DNA from: Phycisphaeraceae bacterium
GTDB taxonomy: Bacteria > Planctomycetota > Phycisphaerae > Phycisphaerales > Phycisphaeraceae
DNA: 64,000 nt
Direction: 5' to 3'
NCBI GenBank assembly: GCA_963674705.1
Contig: OY771506.1
Coordinates: 5,024,001-5,088,000, forward strand
Part shown: positions 49,007-58,506 of the stretch, one piece after another
Layout of the letters: each line of letters opens with the position of its first letter
How positions within the stretch are numbered: position 1 is the stretch's first letter
Notes under the pieces: model-generated
The model's input: the letters and a program-made list of their open reading frames with translations, nothing else
The model's database searches: none
What the model was told of the DNA's origin: nothing
Position numbers and translations under genes: made by a program

Positions 49007-49534
49007 TTGAACATCACCGTCAACATCATCGCTGCGATGTCGGAGAACCGTGTCATCGGTAAGGATGGCCAACTCCCCTGGCGCTTGCCCGATGAGATGA
49101 AACACTTCATGCGCTTGACCACCGGCCACACCGTCGTGATGGGCCGAAAGACGTTCGAGTCGATCAACGCTAAGCCCCTGCCCAATCGCAGAAATATCAT
49201 CATCACCCGCAACCCCGACTACAAAGCCGAAGGCATCGAAACCGCCCCAAGCGTAAAAGCCGCGATCGAATTAGCAACTAGCCCCCAATCCCCAACCCCC
49301 AATCTCCAACCCACCGACCTCTTCATCTGCGGCGGCCAGCACGTCTACACCGATGCCCTGCCGTTAGCCGATCGCCTCTACCTCACCCTCGTCCACGCCA
49401 CCTTCGAAGGCGACACCCACTTCCCCCAGTTTGACGAAGGCAACTGGCAACTTGTTGAAGAAAACCATCACGAGCCCGATGACCGGCATGCGTATGCGTT
49501 TACTTTCAAGTTGTATCAACGTTTACCGGCTTAA
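49007..49534 (+). CDS. folA: Dihydrofolate reductase
   Basis: IIAAMSENRVIG, LPWRLP, MGRKTFES, LPNRRNII, GG, GDTHFP. Probable TTG start. Confidence 0.93.
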   Translation: MNITVNIIAAMSENRVIGKDGQLPWRLPDEMKHFMRLTTGHTVVMGRKTFESINAKPLPNRRNIIITRNPDYKAEGIETAPSVKAAIELATSPQSPTPNLQPTDLFICGGQHVYTDALPLADRLYLTLVHATFEGDTHFPQFDEGNWQLVEENHHEPDDRHAYAFTFKLYQRLPA

Positions 49535-49705
49535 CACACAACTGGCCCTGGTTGTGTTGTATTGAAACATCCAGAATTCATCGTATTTTTCATGATCCAC
49601 ACACCGACGTGATGGACAGAAACTCCGCATGTTTATAGGATGATAATGTCTTAAGTTGAGTTTCTTTGCATCTGTATCTTTAAACAATCATCCGGGAGTC
49701 GATCC

Positions 49706-51508
49706 GTGGGCACGATTACCAAACCAATCAACAGGCATGGGACACGAACATTACCCGCTGTCATGATTGCAAGCTTATGTCTGATCCTATGTGCCACGAC
49801 GAGGGCTCAATCCGTCCGTTCGTACGTCGATCATAGCGACATCCTTTCAACCATCGTCTCAGATGTGGACCTTTGGAACGGCGGGCTCGCGGGTACATCA
49901 GGTATGGGCGTCTACAACGCGCCACAGACCTACGACCCGAGCTTTTGCGGTTTGTTCTACACCCATCTGAACCGCGACTGGTCGCAGGACAATTATCCCA
50001 ACGGCAACCTTACCTCCATCTCTCAGGCACGCGCGATCTACTCCAACATCATGGCTTACCAAAGCGCGATCGAACTTGAGCAGGACGCGAGTCGATTTGC
50101 ATCGGCTGTTAGTGCAGGTGCGGATTACCTGCTCAGTTGCGACATGTGGGACGGAACCTACGATGGATGGTTCTGGGGTGTCAGGGTCGGATCGATCGTC
50201 TACAGCACACGCAAAACATCCTACGGCCAGGTCCACCCCGTCTTCGCGCTGGCGCAGGCATACACGATCACCGGCAACGAAGATTACCTCAACGGCGCGC
50301 TCGCTGGATGGGACGCATACGCCACACACAAGACCGACACGTGTTATACCGGTGCTTATCTCGGTGATTCTCAATGTGACTGGTCCAGCCCCGGTTCACG
50401 CAATCTTGATTACATGTGTCATACCTTCGAGACACAATTCACCCTCTGGCAATCTTTACCCGACGGCCATGCACGCAAAGACGAAGTGCGACAATTGCTT
50501 GAAGACACAGGCAACCACATCGTCACTCGCATGATCCACCAGATGCAGGGGACGGGTAACGAAGACAAAGCCTTTATCCCCTGGTATTACGATGAGACTT
50601 GGACGCCGGACATGAGAGAGCCGGAACCGAGCGATATCTGGGGCGGGCACTGGCGTTACGCTTCGCCGGGCCATCAGTTCGAGTATGCGTTCCTGTTAAG
50701 CCGTGCGGTGGAGTACGGCGCGGTCGATGCCGCGACAAGCCAACAGTGGTTGGATAAGTCAGAGAAACTCATCAATTACGCATTGGAATACGCGTTCGGT
50801 GATGTAGGTGACTCAACTGCCGATCCGCTAGATGAATACCAGGGCGTGTTGTATGAGCGCCTGGACTTCGGCGCGGTATTTGATCAGGGTGTGCCGGTGA
50901 TTCCCGAAGACAACGGTACACAGTTAATCCCGACGCTGAGTTGGTGGCCTCAGGCCGAGGCGGCGCGTGCACTGGCGCACTGGGCGCAGGTGAGAGGCAA
51001 AACCGAATGGTGGGACGAGTTCAACGCGGTCTACAGCCTTATCGAAGACAAGCTGGTCGATCAGACTTATGGCGGTTGGTACTTCAGCCTCGACCCCAAC
51101 ACATGCCAACCCGTCAACCTGTGGGGCGTAACCGATACCGACAAAGCCAGCGAATGGAAGGTGAACTACCACGCGGTAATGCTGTACGCAGAGCTTGCGC
51201 GATTAGCAGTGCCGATCATCGGCGACCTCAACAACGACGGCTTCGTCGGCCTCGACGACCTTGACATCATCCTGCTGAACTGGAACCAGACCGTTGCAGC
51301 AGGCGATCTGCTTGCAGGTGATCCCTCTGGTGATGGTTATGTCGGCTTGGATGATCTTGACCTGCTGCTCAATAACTGGAACGCGGGAACGCCACCCAAC
51401 ATATCTCACGCAACTGATATCCCTGAACCTGTCGCATTTTTAACATGGTTGATTGCATCAAGCTTCTGTGTAAAAAGTAAGCGACATGTCCACAATATTC
51501 GTAACTAG
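49706..51508 (+). CDS. Secreted AGE/cellobiose 2-epimerase-family protein with dockerin-like repeat and PEP-CTERM
   Basis: Signal peptide; QARAIY, MCHTFE, PGHQFE, WWPQAEA, NYHA; GDLNNDGFVGLDDLD x2; IPEP tail. Confidence 0.78.
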   Translation: MGTITKPINRHGTRTLPAVMIASLCLILCATTRAQSVRSYVDHSDILSTIVSDVDLWNGGLAGTSGMGVYNAPQTYDPSFCGLFYTHLNRDWSQDNYPNGNLTSISQARAIYSNIMAYQSAIELEQDASRFASAVSAGADYLLSCDMWDGTYDGWFWGVRVGSIVYSTRKTSYGQVHPVFALAQAYTITGNEDYLNGALAGWDAYATHKTDTCYTGAYLGDSQCDWSSPGSRNLDYMCHTFETQFTLWQSLPDGHARKDEVRQLLEDTGNHIVTRMIHQMQGTGNEDKAFIPWYYDETWTPDMREPEPSDIWGGHWRYASPGHQFEYAFLLSRAVEYGAVDAATSQQWLDKSEKLINYALEYAFGDVGDSTADPLDEYQGVLYERLDFGAVFDQGVPVIPEDNGTQLIPTLSWWPQAEAARALAHWAQVRGKTEWWDEFNAVYSLIEDKLVDQTYGGWYFSLDPNTCQPVNLWGVTDTDKASEWKVNYHAVMLYAELARLAVPIIGDLNNDGFVGLDDLDIILLNWNQTVAAGDLLAGDPSGDGYVGLDDLDLLLNNWNAGTPPNISHATDIPEPVAFLTWLIASSFCVKSKRHVHNIRN

Positions 51509-51602
51509 TTTTTCTAACGGCCGATACCGATATCTCAAAACATATAAGACTTATTTCCATACCCACCCACAAACGCCCCACTACACGCTATCCTAAGAAG
51601 AT

Positions 51603-53156
51603 ATGTACGCTTCACACGGATTCTTGCGATCGGATATCGGTGATGTGGATATCGTCTATCACGGCGGGCTGTATCACCTGTTTCACCTGATTCTGCCCAA
51701 CCACGACTTTATCGCCCACGCCGTCAGCGAAGACGGGATGAACTGGCGGCGGGTAACCAATGCACTATTCGTCTCTGAACCCGGCAACTGGGACGACGAT
51801 ATGCTCTGGACGATGCACATCACGCCCGACCCTTATCAAGAGGGTCATTGGCGGATGTTCTATACCGGGCTGTCCCGCAGCGAGTACGGCCGGGTCCAGC
51901 GTGTCGGATTGGCTCGCTCATCCGACCTGTACCACTGGACACGCGACAACACCGCCAGCTATCCAATTCAGGCGCAGGCAGATCACTATGAATCCAGCAT
52001 CAGTGAGGGCAGGCACTGGGTCAGCTTCCGCGATCCGTTTTTCTATCGTGACCCGGATTCGGGCGATCACCTGCTGCTGACCTCGGCGCGCATCAAGCAC
52101 GGGCCTTTGATACGTCGTGGCTGCGTGGGGGTCGTTCGTGAATACGAGCCGAACAAGTTCATGTCGATGAAGCCGCTGCACCATCCGGGGCTGTACGACG
52201 ACATCGAAGTGCCGAACCTGTTCCGGCTTAACGGGCGCTACTTCCTGCTAGGCTCGATCCGCGAAGACACGAAGGTCCACTACTGGTATTCCGACAACCT
52301 GTACGGGCCTTACGAAAACTTCTTCGACAACGTGCTGCTTCCCCGCGGCAACTACGCCGCACGCATCTGCCACGACGGCAACCGTCTATTGCTGTTCAAT
52401 TTTTTCGCCAAAGAAGAAGCCGTCTCCGGCCAACGGATCGTCCGTAAATTGCTCCCCCCGCCCAAGGAACTCGACACGGATGAAACGGGCCGGCTACGGT
52501 TACGCTCTTACTACCGTTTTGATGACTTTGTCACCGAAGAGCACGAAGTTTCTAAAAGTAATGGGATGGAGCAATTGTTCCACAACCCACTGGCGACATA
52601 CGAACACTTCGACAATGCCCTGCACCTGAAGTGCCCAAGCGGCTACGAAGCATTCCTGCTGCCCGGTGACTACGAACACATGCGCCTGCACGCCAGGATC
52701 GGGCTGCTGGGTTCGGGCAAGTGCGGCATGGTGCTGCGTGTCGATTCGGAAGGCAACGGCTATTACCTGTCGCTGGACCTGATCAAAGGCCTCGCACAGA
52801 TCCGCGCCTGGGGAGAGAACGAAGGGCGGGAGCACGACCGCGCGTTTGATTACAAACAATTGCAGGCCGGCCACTTCGTCAACACCGGCCAAGGCCCGTG
52901 GACGATCGACGTCGTCGTGCATGGCATGTACCTGGAAGTCTCGATCAACGGCTACGTCACACTCAGCCTGGTCGACGACACGTACCACACCGGCCGCTGC
53001 GGTTTCTATGCCGAGTCCGCCACGATCCGTGTGGAAGAACTCTTTGTAGATAAACTCTCGCCTCCCAAGGAAGCCGAGGAACACGGCCCGCTCTATACCG
53101 CCGCAGTGAGTCCCGATGAAGATCCGCCGGTCGGCATGCCAGATACCAGAAAATGA
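51603..53156 (+). CDS. Glycoside hydrolase family 32-like (beta-fructosidase-like)
   Basis: YHLFHL, HAVSEDGMNW, FRDP, IEVPNLF, C-terminal beta-sandwich. Confidence 0.8.
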   Translation: MYASHGFLRSDIGDVDIVYHGGLYHLFHLILPNHDFIAHAVSEDGMNWRRVTNALFVSEPGNWDDDMLWTMHITPDPYQEGHWRMFYTGLSRSEYGRVQRVGLARSSDLYHWTRDNTASYPIQAQADHYESSISEGRHWVSFRDPFFYRDPDSGDHLLLTSARIKHGPLIRRGCVGVVREYEPNKFMSMKPLHHPGLYDDIEVPNLFRLNGRYFLLGSIREDTKVHYWYSDNLYGPYENFFDNVLLPRGNYAARICHDGNRLLLFNFFAKEEAVSGQRIVRKLLPPPKELDTDETGRLRLRSYYRFDDFVTEEHEVSKSNGMEQLFHNPLATYEHFDNALHLKCPSGYEAFLLPGDYEHMRLHARIGLLGSGKCGMVLRVDSEGNGYYLSLDLIKGLAQIRAWGENEGREHDRAFDYKQLQAGHFVNTGQGPWTIDVVVHGMYLEVSINGYVTLSLVDDTYHTGRCGFYAESATIRVEELFVDKLSPPKEAEEHGPLYTAAVSPDEDPPVGMPDTRK

Positions 53157-53902
53157 ATACGACAGATGATACAAACAGCACAGCCGACACTACCTCATTA
53201 CTCATCAGCGATGTGGACGACACACTGACCGGTGACGATGCCGCATTGCAGCGATTAAGCGATGCGCTGCGATCGCAAAGAACACGTTTGCTGGTCTCTG
53301 TCAACTCCAGCCGACCCGCGCCCAGCGTGCAACGAACATTGGATGAAAAGTTCCCCGCCGGCTTCCCTCTCGATGCCATGATCACCGCGATGGGCACGGA
53401 AGTCCGAATCAACGGCACACCGGTTGCGGCATGGTCAAAACGCTTTGAGGGCTGGCCCCGTGATAAAATCGAACAGGTTGTGCTCTCGCTCGGACACCGC
53501 GCTCACGATGCGGAATTCCAGACGCCTTACAAAGCGAGTTTCGCGGTCGAAGGCGCTGAGGCGCTGCTGGAAGTTACAAAAGCATTAGAAAACGCGGGTT
53601 TACCCTGTCGATTGATCGCATCCGGCAAAGACGATCTGGATATACTGCCGCCCGGTGCGGGCAAGGATCATGCAACGCTATTCCTGGCTGAACAACTGGG
53701 CGCAGGCAAACAAGGCTTTGTTGTAGCCGGTGATTCGGCAAACGACCTGGCGATGTTTCGTGTCGCGCCGCGCGCCATCGCGGTGGGCAACGCTCGCGCC
53801 GAATTAATCGATGCGATGCCGCGCGAAACTTCCTATCATGCAAGAGCAAAACACGCGGCTGGTGTGCATGAAGGGCTTAAACACTACCGTCTTTTTCCCT
53901 GA
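53153..53902 (+). CDS. HAD-IIB sucrose/mannosylfructose-phosphate phosphatase-like
   Basis: SDVDDTL, LDILP..AGK, GDSANDLAMF, VGNA. Confidence 0.82.
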   Translation: MNTTDDTNSTADTTSLLISDVDDTLTGDDAALQRLSDALRSQRTRLLVSVNSSRPAPSVQRTLDEKFPAGFPLDAMITAMGTEVRINGTPVAAWSKRFEGWPRDKIEQVVLSLGHRAHDAEFQTPYKASFAVEGAEALLEVTKALENAGLPCRLIASGKDDLDILPPGAGKDHATLFLAEQLGAGKQGFVVAGDSANDLAMFRVAPRAIAVGNARAELIDAMPRETSYHARAKHAAGVHEGLKHYRLFP

Positions 53903-54024
53903 AAAATCCGCATTTTTTCGGTTTGTGTTGATTTAGCTCATACATCGGCTAAACTCACTTATTCACTTATCTATCTTCCGTGCACCAATTACTGCCAAGG
54001 AACCAAACCAGAAAAGCAAAAACA

Positions 54025-55314
54025 ATGTCACCAAAACCACACGGCTCCATCCTGATGATTTCCCTGCACGGCTACGTCGCCGCCGAACCCGAACTCGGGC
54101 TGCCCGATACCGGCGGACAAGTCGTCTTTGTTCTTGAACTCGCTAAACGTTTCGCACGCCTCGGCTACCATGTTGATGTCCTCACTCGCCGATTCGAAAA
54201 ACAACCGGCGCAAGATAAAGTCAACGCCAACCTGCGCGTCTGGCGTGTTCCCTTCGGCGGATCGGGATTTATCCGCAAGGAGGACATGCACGACCACCTG
54301 CAGGACTTCGTCAACAACACGCTTGCCGAAATCCGCAAGCGCGGCCAGCAATACGATGTGGTCAACAGCCACTACTGGGACGCGGGCCACGCCGGTCAGA
54401 AGATCGCCGAAGAACTGCAGATCCCGCACATCCACACGCCCCACTCACTCGGCTGGTGGAAACAGCAGCGCATGAACAGCAACCGCGGCGAGAGCGGCGG
54501 CAACTACCGCTTTGAAGAACGCATCCAAAAAGAGTTCATGCTATACCGCAACTGCGACCATATCATCGCCACCAGCGAGCAGCAGGTCGACCTGATCGAA
54601 AAGGAGTATCAGTTGCCCCGCGAGCACATCACGATGATCCCGCCGGGCATCGATGAAAACCGCTTCACGCCCAGGCCGTACACCGATGTGGAAGGCGTCC
54701 GCAAGAAACTGAAGATGCGCGAAACCGATGTCTACATCGTCGGCCGCGCCGCTCACAATAAAGGCTACGACCTCGCGATCAAAGCCCTGCCCCACCTGCG
54801 CAAGCTCCAGCCCAAGGCCCGGCTCGTTCTCGCCGCCGGCGCCAATTCCAAGCAGGACAAGAAGCTGCTGTCCAAATGGAAGAAGATGGCCGAGAAACAC
54901 GGCGTCAACCGGCACATCAAGTGGCTCGGTTACATCGATGACAAAGACCTGGCCGATTACTACTGCGCCCCGGGCGTCTTCGCGCTGCCTTCACGTTACG
55001 AACCGTTCGGCATGACCGCCGTCGAAGCCATGGCCTGCGGCACCCCCACCGTGCTGACCAATCACGGCGGGCTCCACGAGCAGATCGAGTTCGGCAAGCA
55101 CGCCCTCGTCGCCGATCCCAAGCGCCCCGAAGAGTTCGCCACCATGCTCAGCATGCCGATGCAGTACCCCTGGCTGCGTGAGACACTCGTCGTCGAGGGC
55201 GCCCGCTTCGCCCGCCGCGTCTTCGGCTGGACCGGCATCGCCCGACGAACGCTGCGTATTTTCGACCAATTCAAGGGCCGATACGCTGAATATCAGGACC
55301 CCGAACCGATCTGA
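54025..55314 (+). CDS. GT4 glycosyltransferase, mannosylfructose-phosphate synthase / sucrose-phosphate synthase-like
   Basis: SLHGYV...LGLPDTGGQVVFVLELA, NSHYWDAG, HTPHSLG, YEPFGMTAVEAMACGTP. Confidence 0.85.
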   Translation: MSPKPHGSILMISLHGYVAAEPELGLPDTGGQVVFVLELAKRFARLGYHVDVLTRRFEKQPAQDKVNANLRVWRVPFGGSGFIRKEDMHDHLQDFVNNTLAEIRKRGQQYDVVNSHYWDAGHAGQKIAEELQIPHIHTPHSLGWWKQQRMNSNRGESGGNYRFEERIQKEFMLYRNCDHIIATSEQQVDLIEKEYQLPREHITMIPPGIDENRFTPRPYTDVEGVRKKLKMRETDVYIVGRAAHNKGYDLAIKALPHLRKLQPKARLVLAAGANSKQDKKLLSKWKKMAEKHGVNRHIKWLGYIDDKDLADYYCAPGVFALPSRYEPFGMTAVEAMACGTPTVLTNHGGLHEQIEFGKHALVADPKRPEEFATMLSMPMQYPWLRETLVVEGARFARRVFGWTGIARRTLRIFDQFKGRYAEYQDPEPI

Positions 55315-55363
55315 CACACCGGTTCGCCCAACGCGGGCAGAGGTTGATATAATCCCGGGGCCC

Positions 55364-55437
55364 GGGCGATTAGCTCAGTTGGCTAGAGCGCTTCCCTTAC
55401 AAGGAAGAAGTCACAGGTTCGAGTCCTGTATCGCCCA
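55364..55437 (+). tRNA. tRNA-Val (TAC)
   Basis: GGGCGATTAGCTCAGTTGGCTAGAGCGCTTCCCT-TAC-AAGGAAGAAGTCACAGGTTCGAGTCCTGTATCGCCCA. TATAAT upstream. Confidence 0.95.
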
Positions 55438-55499
55438 TTAACGCATCTATTTCCGGCCCGTCTTGCTCGTTATTTTCCGGCCCCCTACCATCCACACCC

Positions 55500-56102
55500 A
55501 TGGAACGCGACTTCTGGAATCAACGTTACGCCGGTGACGGCCTGGTCTATGGCGATGAGCCGAACGACTTTCTTCGTGAGATGGCAGAGCATCTGCCCAA
55601 CTCGGGCAAGGCCCTCGATATCGGCGCGGGTGAAGGACGCAACGCCCTGTTCCTCGCCGCGCACGGCCTCGATGTCCTGGCTGTTGATCAAAGCGAGGTC
55701 GGCCTGGCTAAAGCAGAGCGCCTCGCCAAAGAACGCGGCCTGACCATCGAGACAAAGGTCGTCGACCTGGAGCGATTCGATGCCGAGCCGGGTTCATACG
55801 ATGTGATCAGTTCGATCTTCGTGCATCTGCCGAACAAGCTGCGTGCAGCCGTACTCAGTAACGTCTACGACTGGCTCGCGCCGGACGGCATCTTCATCAT
55901 CGAACAATACGCCCCCGACCAGATCGAGCGCGACACCGGCGGCCCCAAGGACCCGACGCGCCTCGCCTACCTGAACATCCTACGCGCCGAACTGATCGGC
56001 CTGAAGATCGAGCACCAGGCAGCACTCATCCGCGACGTCACCGAAGGCCCCCACCACACCGGCCCCGCCTCCGTCATCCAGCTCATGGCCCGAAAAGCCT
56101 GA
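55500..56102 (+). CDS. Class I SAM-dependent methyltransferase (TehB-like)
   Basis: FWNQRY...YGDEPNDFL, LDIGAGEGRNA, TGGPKD. Confidence 0.88.
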   Translation: MERDFWNQRYAGDGLVYGDEPNDFLREMAEHLPNSGKALDIGAGEGRNALFLAAHGLDVLAVDQSEVGLAKAERLAKERGLTIETKVVDLERFDAEPGSYDVISSIFVHLPNKLRAAVLSNVYDWLAPDGIFIIEQYAPDQIERDTGGPKDPTRLAYLNILRAELIGLKIEHQAALIRDVTEGPHHTGPASVIQLMARKA

Positions 56103-56109
56103 CTGCCCC

Positions 56110-56138
56110 TGTATAGCCGCGACCACCGATCGCGCCTC
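56110..56138 (+). repeat. REP-like hairpin (TATAGCCGCG family)
   Basis: 27/29 match to the reverse complement of 8224-8252. Confidence 0.75.
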
Positions 56139-56328
56139 CTGAAAGGGCAAAATGCGCTTTCAGCCCCCCCAACCCCAGGAATCAGGCCCAAACCCGGATT
56201 CAGCCGATACTAGCGTATAAACCTCGCAGGCCCGGTCCAAGCCGTGTTCGTGCCCGATGGGGCCGGATCCGTTAAAATACTGGGCTGACCGGATTTGAGT
56301 GATTTTTGAGGTTCATGGAGCTAGCGGT

Positions 56329-56754
56329 TTGAGTACGAGTCGGATGTTGATAGCGGTCAGCAGCCCCTGGGCAAGCGAGAAGCTGGCCGAGCCGATCGCG
56401 GACATGGCCAAGCGCCTGGACGCCTCGGCGGTGGTTGCCCACGTCGCCCAGTTACAGGATGAAGACGAGCACGAATCCGACGCCACCCAGCGCGGCGAGG
56501 AAACGCTGAAGCTGCTGACCCAGACGCTCAAGACCGCCGGGATCGACGTCGAGAGCGTCATGCTCTTCTCGGATGATGTCGCCAAGGCGATCATGAACAC
56601 CGCTCACGCCAAGCAGTGCACGTTCATCGTGCTGGGCCTGACAGGCAAGGGCGTGCTTAAACGGCTGATCGCCGGGGACGTCCCCGCCAACATCATCCGC
56701 CAGGCCGACCTGCCCGTCCTCCTGTGCCCCGCCAACTGGAACGGCTCACTCTAA
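56329..56754 (+). CDS. Universal stress protein (UspA family)
   Basis: MLIAV..., IVLGLTGKG...LIAGDVPANIIRQADLPVLL. Probable TTG start after GGAG. Confidence 0.85.
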   Translation: MSTSRMLIAVSSPWASEKLAEPIADMAKRLDASAVVAHVAQLQDEDEHESDATQRGEETLKLLTQTLKTAGIDVESVMLFSDDVAKAIMNTAHAKQCTFIVLGLTGKGVLKRLIAGDVPANIIRQADLPVLLCPANWNGSL

Positions 56755-56929
56755 ACACAGCATCAACCCTACCCCCAGGCGAGGCGTGCTTCAGCACGCT
56801 GGCGTTCTCACGCAACCGCACCTCATCACAAATACACGCGACAACACCACAAAACCCATGAATATCACCCCCCGCTTTAGTAAGATGACTTGCGGTCCAT
56901 CTTCAAAATGCAGTTGGAAGGTAAAGACG

Positions 56930-58291
56930 ATGCAATCCTATAAACCCCGCTTCGCCGCACTACTCGCGCTGCTGACAGCTTCCCTCTCAGCCCACGCAAC
57001 CATCACCGTCACGGATGTCGGACGATTCGACTTCACCGACAACGGAAGCTCCGGCGCACGCGAACTCAGCGGCCTCGCCTACAACGGCGGCTCGTCCTTC
57101 TCCGCCATCGGGGATAACGACGCGGTCGTCTACACGCTCGCGCTAGGCATCAACAGCAGCACAAGCCAGATCACTTCAGCAGCGATCGCCTCATCGAAAA
57201 CGACACTGCGAAGCGCCTCGGGCGCCACATTACCAGGCCCGGACCGCGAAGCGATCGCGATCCAGAACGGCCACTTTCTTATCGCAAATGAAACCGGTCC
57301 GCAGCTTGAAGCCTACTACGCATTCACCGGCTACCAGAACGGCTCGCCGATCACAACCACTCAGCCCGGGCTGGAAGTTTACAGCAACGTCAGGTCGAAC
57401 AAGGCGTGGGAATCGCTGGCGGTCTACCCATCGAAGAACACAATCGTGCTGTTCGGCAATGAAGACGCCCTGACCGTCGATGGCCCCGAAGCAAACTTCA
57501 CTGACGGCGCGATGGTCCGTATCCAGGCCGCGAACGTACTCGCCTCCAACTCCACCGCCACCGCCATCGGACAGTTCGCCTACCCGATCGATGCCATCAA
57601 CGGCGACAACCCCTTCGTCTCCGGCGAAACAAGCGGGCTCGTCGAACTGCTCGTTCTTGAAGACAACACCGTCCTGGCCATGGAACGATCCGTCGGATGG
57701 ACCGGCTACCGCATCCGCCTCTACAAAGTCAACGGCGACACCGCGACCGACATCAGCGGCCTTGCCGGATTGGACGGCTTAACCGCGGGCGTTGACTACA
57801 AGCCGTTAACCAAAACACTGCTTTGGGAACAGACTTTCGCGGCAACCACCAATTCCAACTTCGAAGGCATGACGGCCGGGCCGACAACGGAAGCGGGGCT
57901 GACACTGGTGTTGGTCGCGGACAACGCCTCGGGCCCGACGCTGCCGATCGTCGGGCAACTGTGGAACGCGAACGATCATTCGCTGTATTCACTGGCACTC
58001 AATGATTCCTCAACCGGTGGCGGTGAAATAACCGGCGACATCACCGATGACGGTTACGTCGGCCTGGATGACCTTGATGTCATCCTCAGCCGATGGAACC
58101 AGGTCGTCCTGCCCGGCAGCATGTCCGACCCGACAGTGGATGGTTATGTCGGACTCGACGATCTGGACCTTGTGCTCAGCAACTGGAATCAAGGCACGCC
58201 ACCACTCGGCATCACCGCGATCCCCGAACCCACCACCGCCCTGATTTTCAGCCTCTTCTCAACCTACCTCCTGCACGCCCGCACACATTAA
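56930..58291 (+). CDS. Secreted phytase-like esterase domain protein with dockerin-like repeat and PEP-CTERM
   Basis: ELSGLAY, DREAI, RSNKAWESLA, SNFEGM, VADN; GDITDDGYVGLDDLD x2; IPEP tail. Confidence 0.8.
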   Translation: MQSYKPRFAALLALLTASLSAHATITVTDVGRFDFTDNGSSGARELSGLAYNGGSSFSAIGDNDAVVYTLALGINSSTSQITSAAIASSKTTLRSASGATLPGPDREAIAIQNGHFLIANETGPQLEAYYAFTGYQNGSPITTTQPGLEVYSNVRSNKAWESLAVYPSKNTIVLFGNEDALTVDGPEANFTDGAMVRIQAANVLASNSTATAIGQFAYPIDAINGDNPFVSGETSGLVELLVLEDNTVLAMERSVGWTGYRIRLYKVNGDTATDISGLAGLDGLTAGVDYKPLTKTLLWEQTFAATTNSNFEGMTAGPTTEAGLTLVLVADNASGPTLPIVGQLWNANDHSLYSLALNDSSTGGGEITGDITDDGYVGLDDLDVILSRWNQVVLPGSMSDPTVDGYVGLDDLDLVLSNWNQGTPPLGITAIPEPTTALIFSLFSTYLLHARTH

Positions 58292-58296
58292 CCCCA

Positions 58297-58449
58297 TATA
58301 GCCCCCGGCTTGCCGAGGATAATGCTGCTGTGCTTCATTGCCCCATGCGCGCGAGCCGGCGGCTCGCGGCTATTGAATTCAAATGAATACTTCTGCTGCA
58401 CCCTATTGCTTGCGCACCCAATAGCCGCGAGTTGCCGGCTCGCGCGCAT
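58297..58449. repeat. REP-like cluster: single TATAGCCCCCGG unit plus a REPIN-like inverted doublet (58345-58374 / 58420-58449)
   Basis: AATAGCCGCGAGYYGCCGGCTCGCGCGCAT in inverted orientation (28/30 identical), 45-nt spacer. Confidence 0.8.
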
Positions 58450-58506
58450 TGAATACACAACCCGACCAGCATTCTCGGGCTATATGTCCAAGCAACATCC
58501 ATTAAG

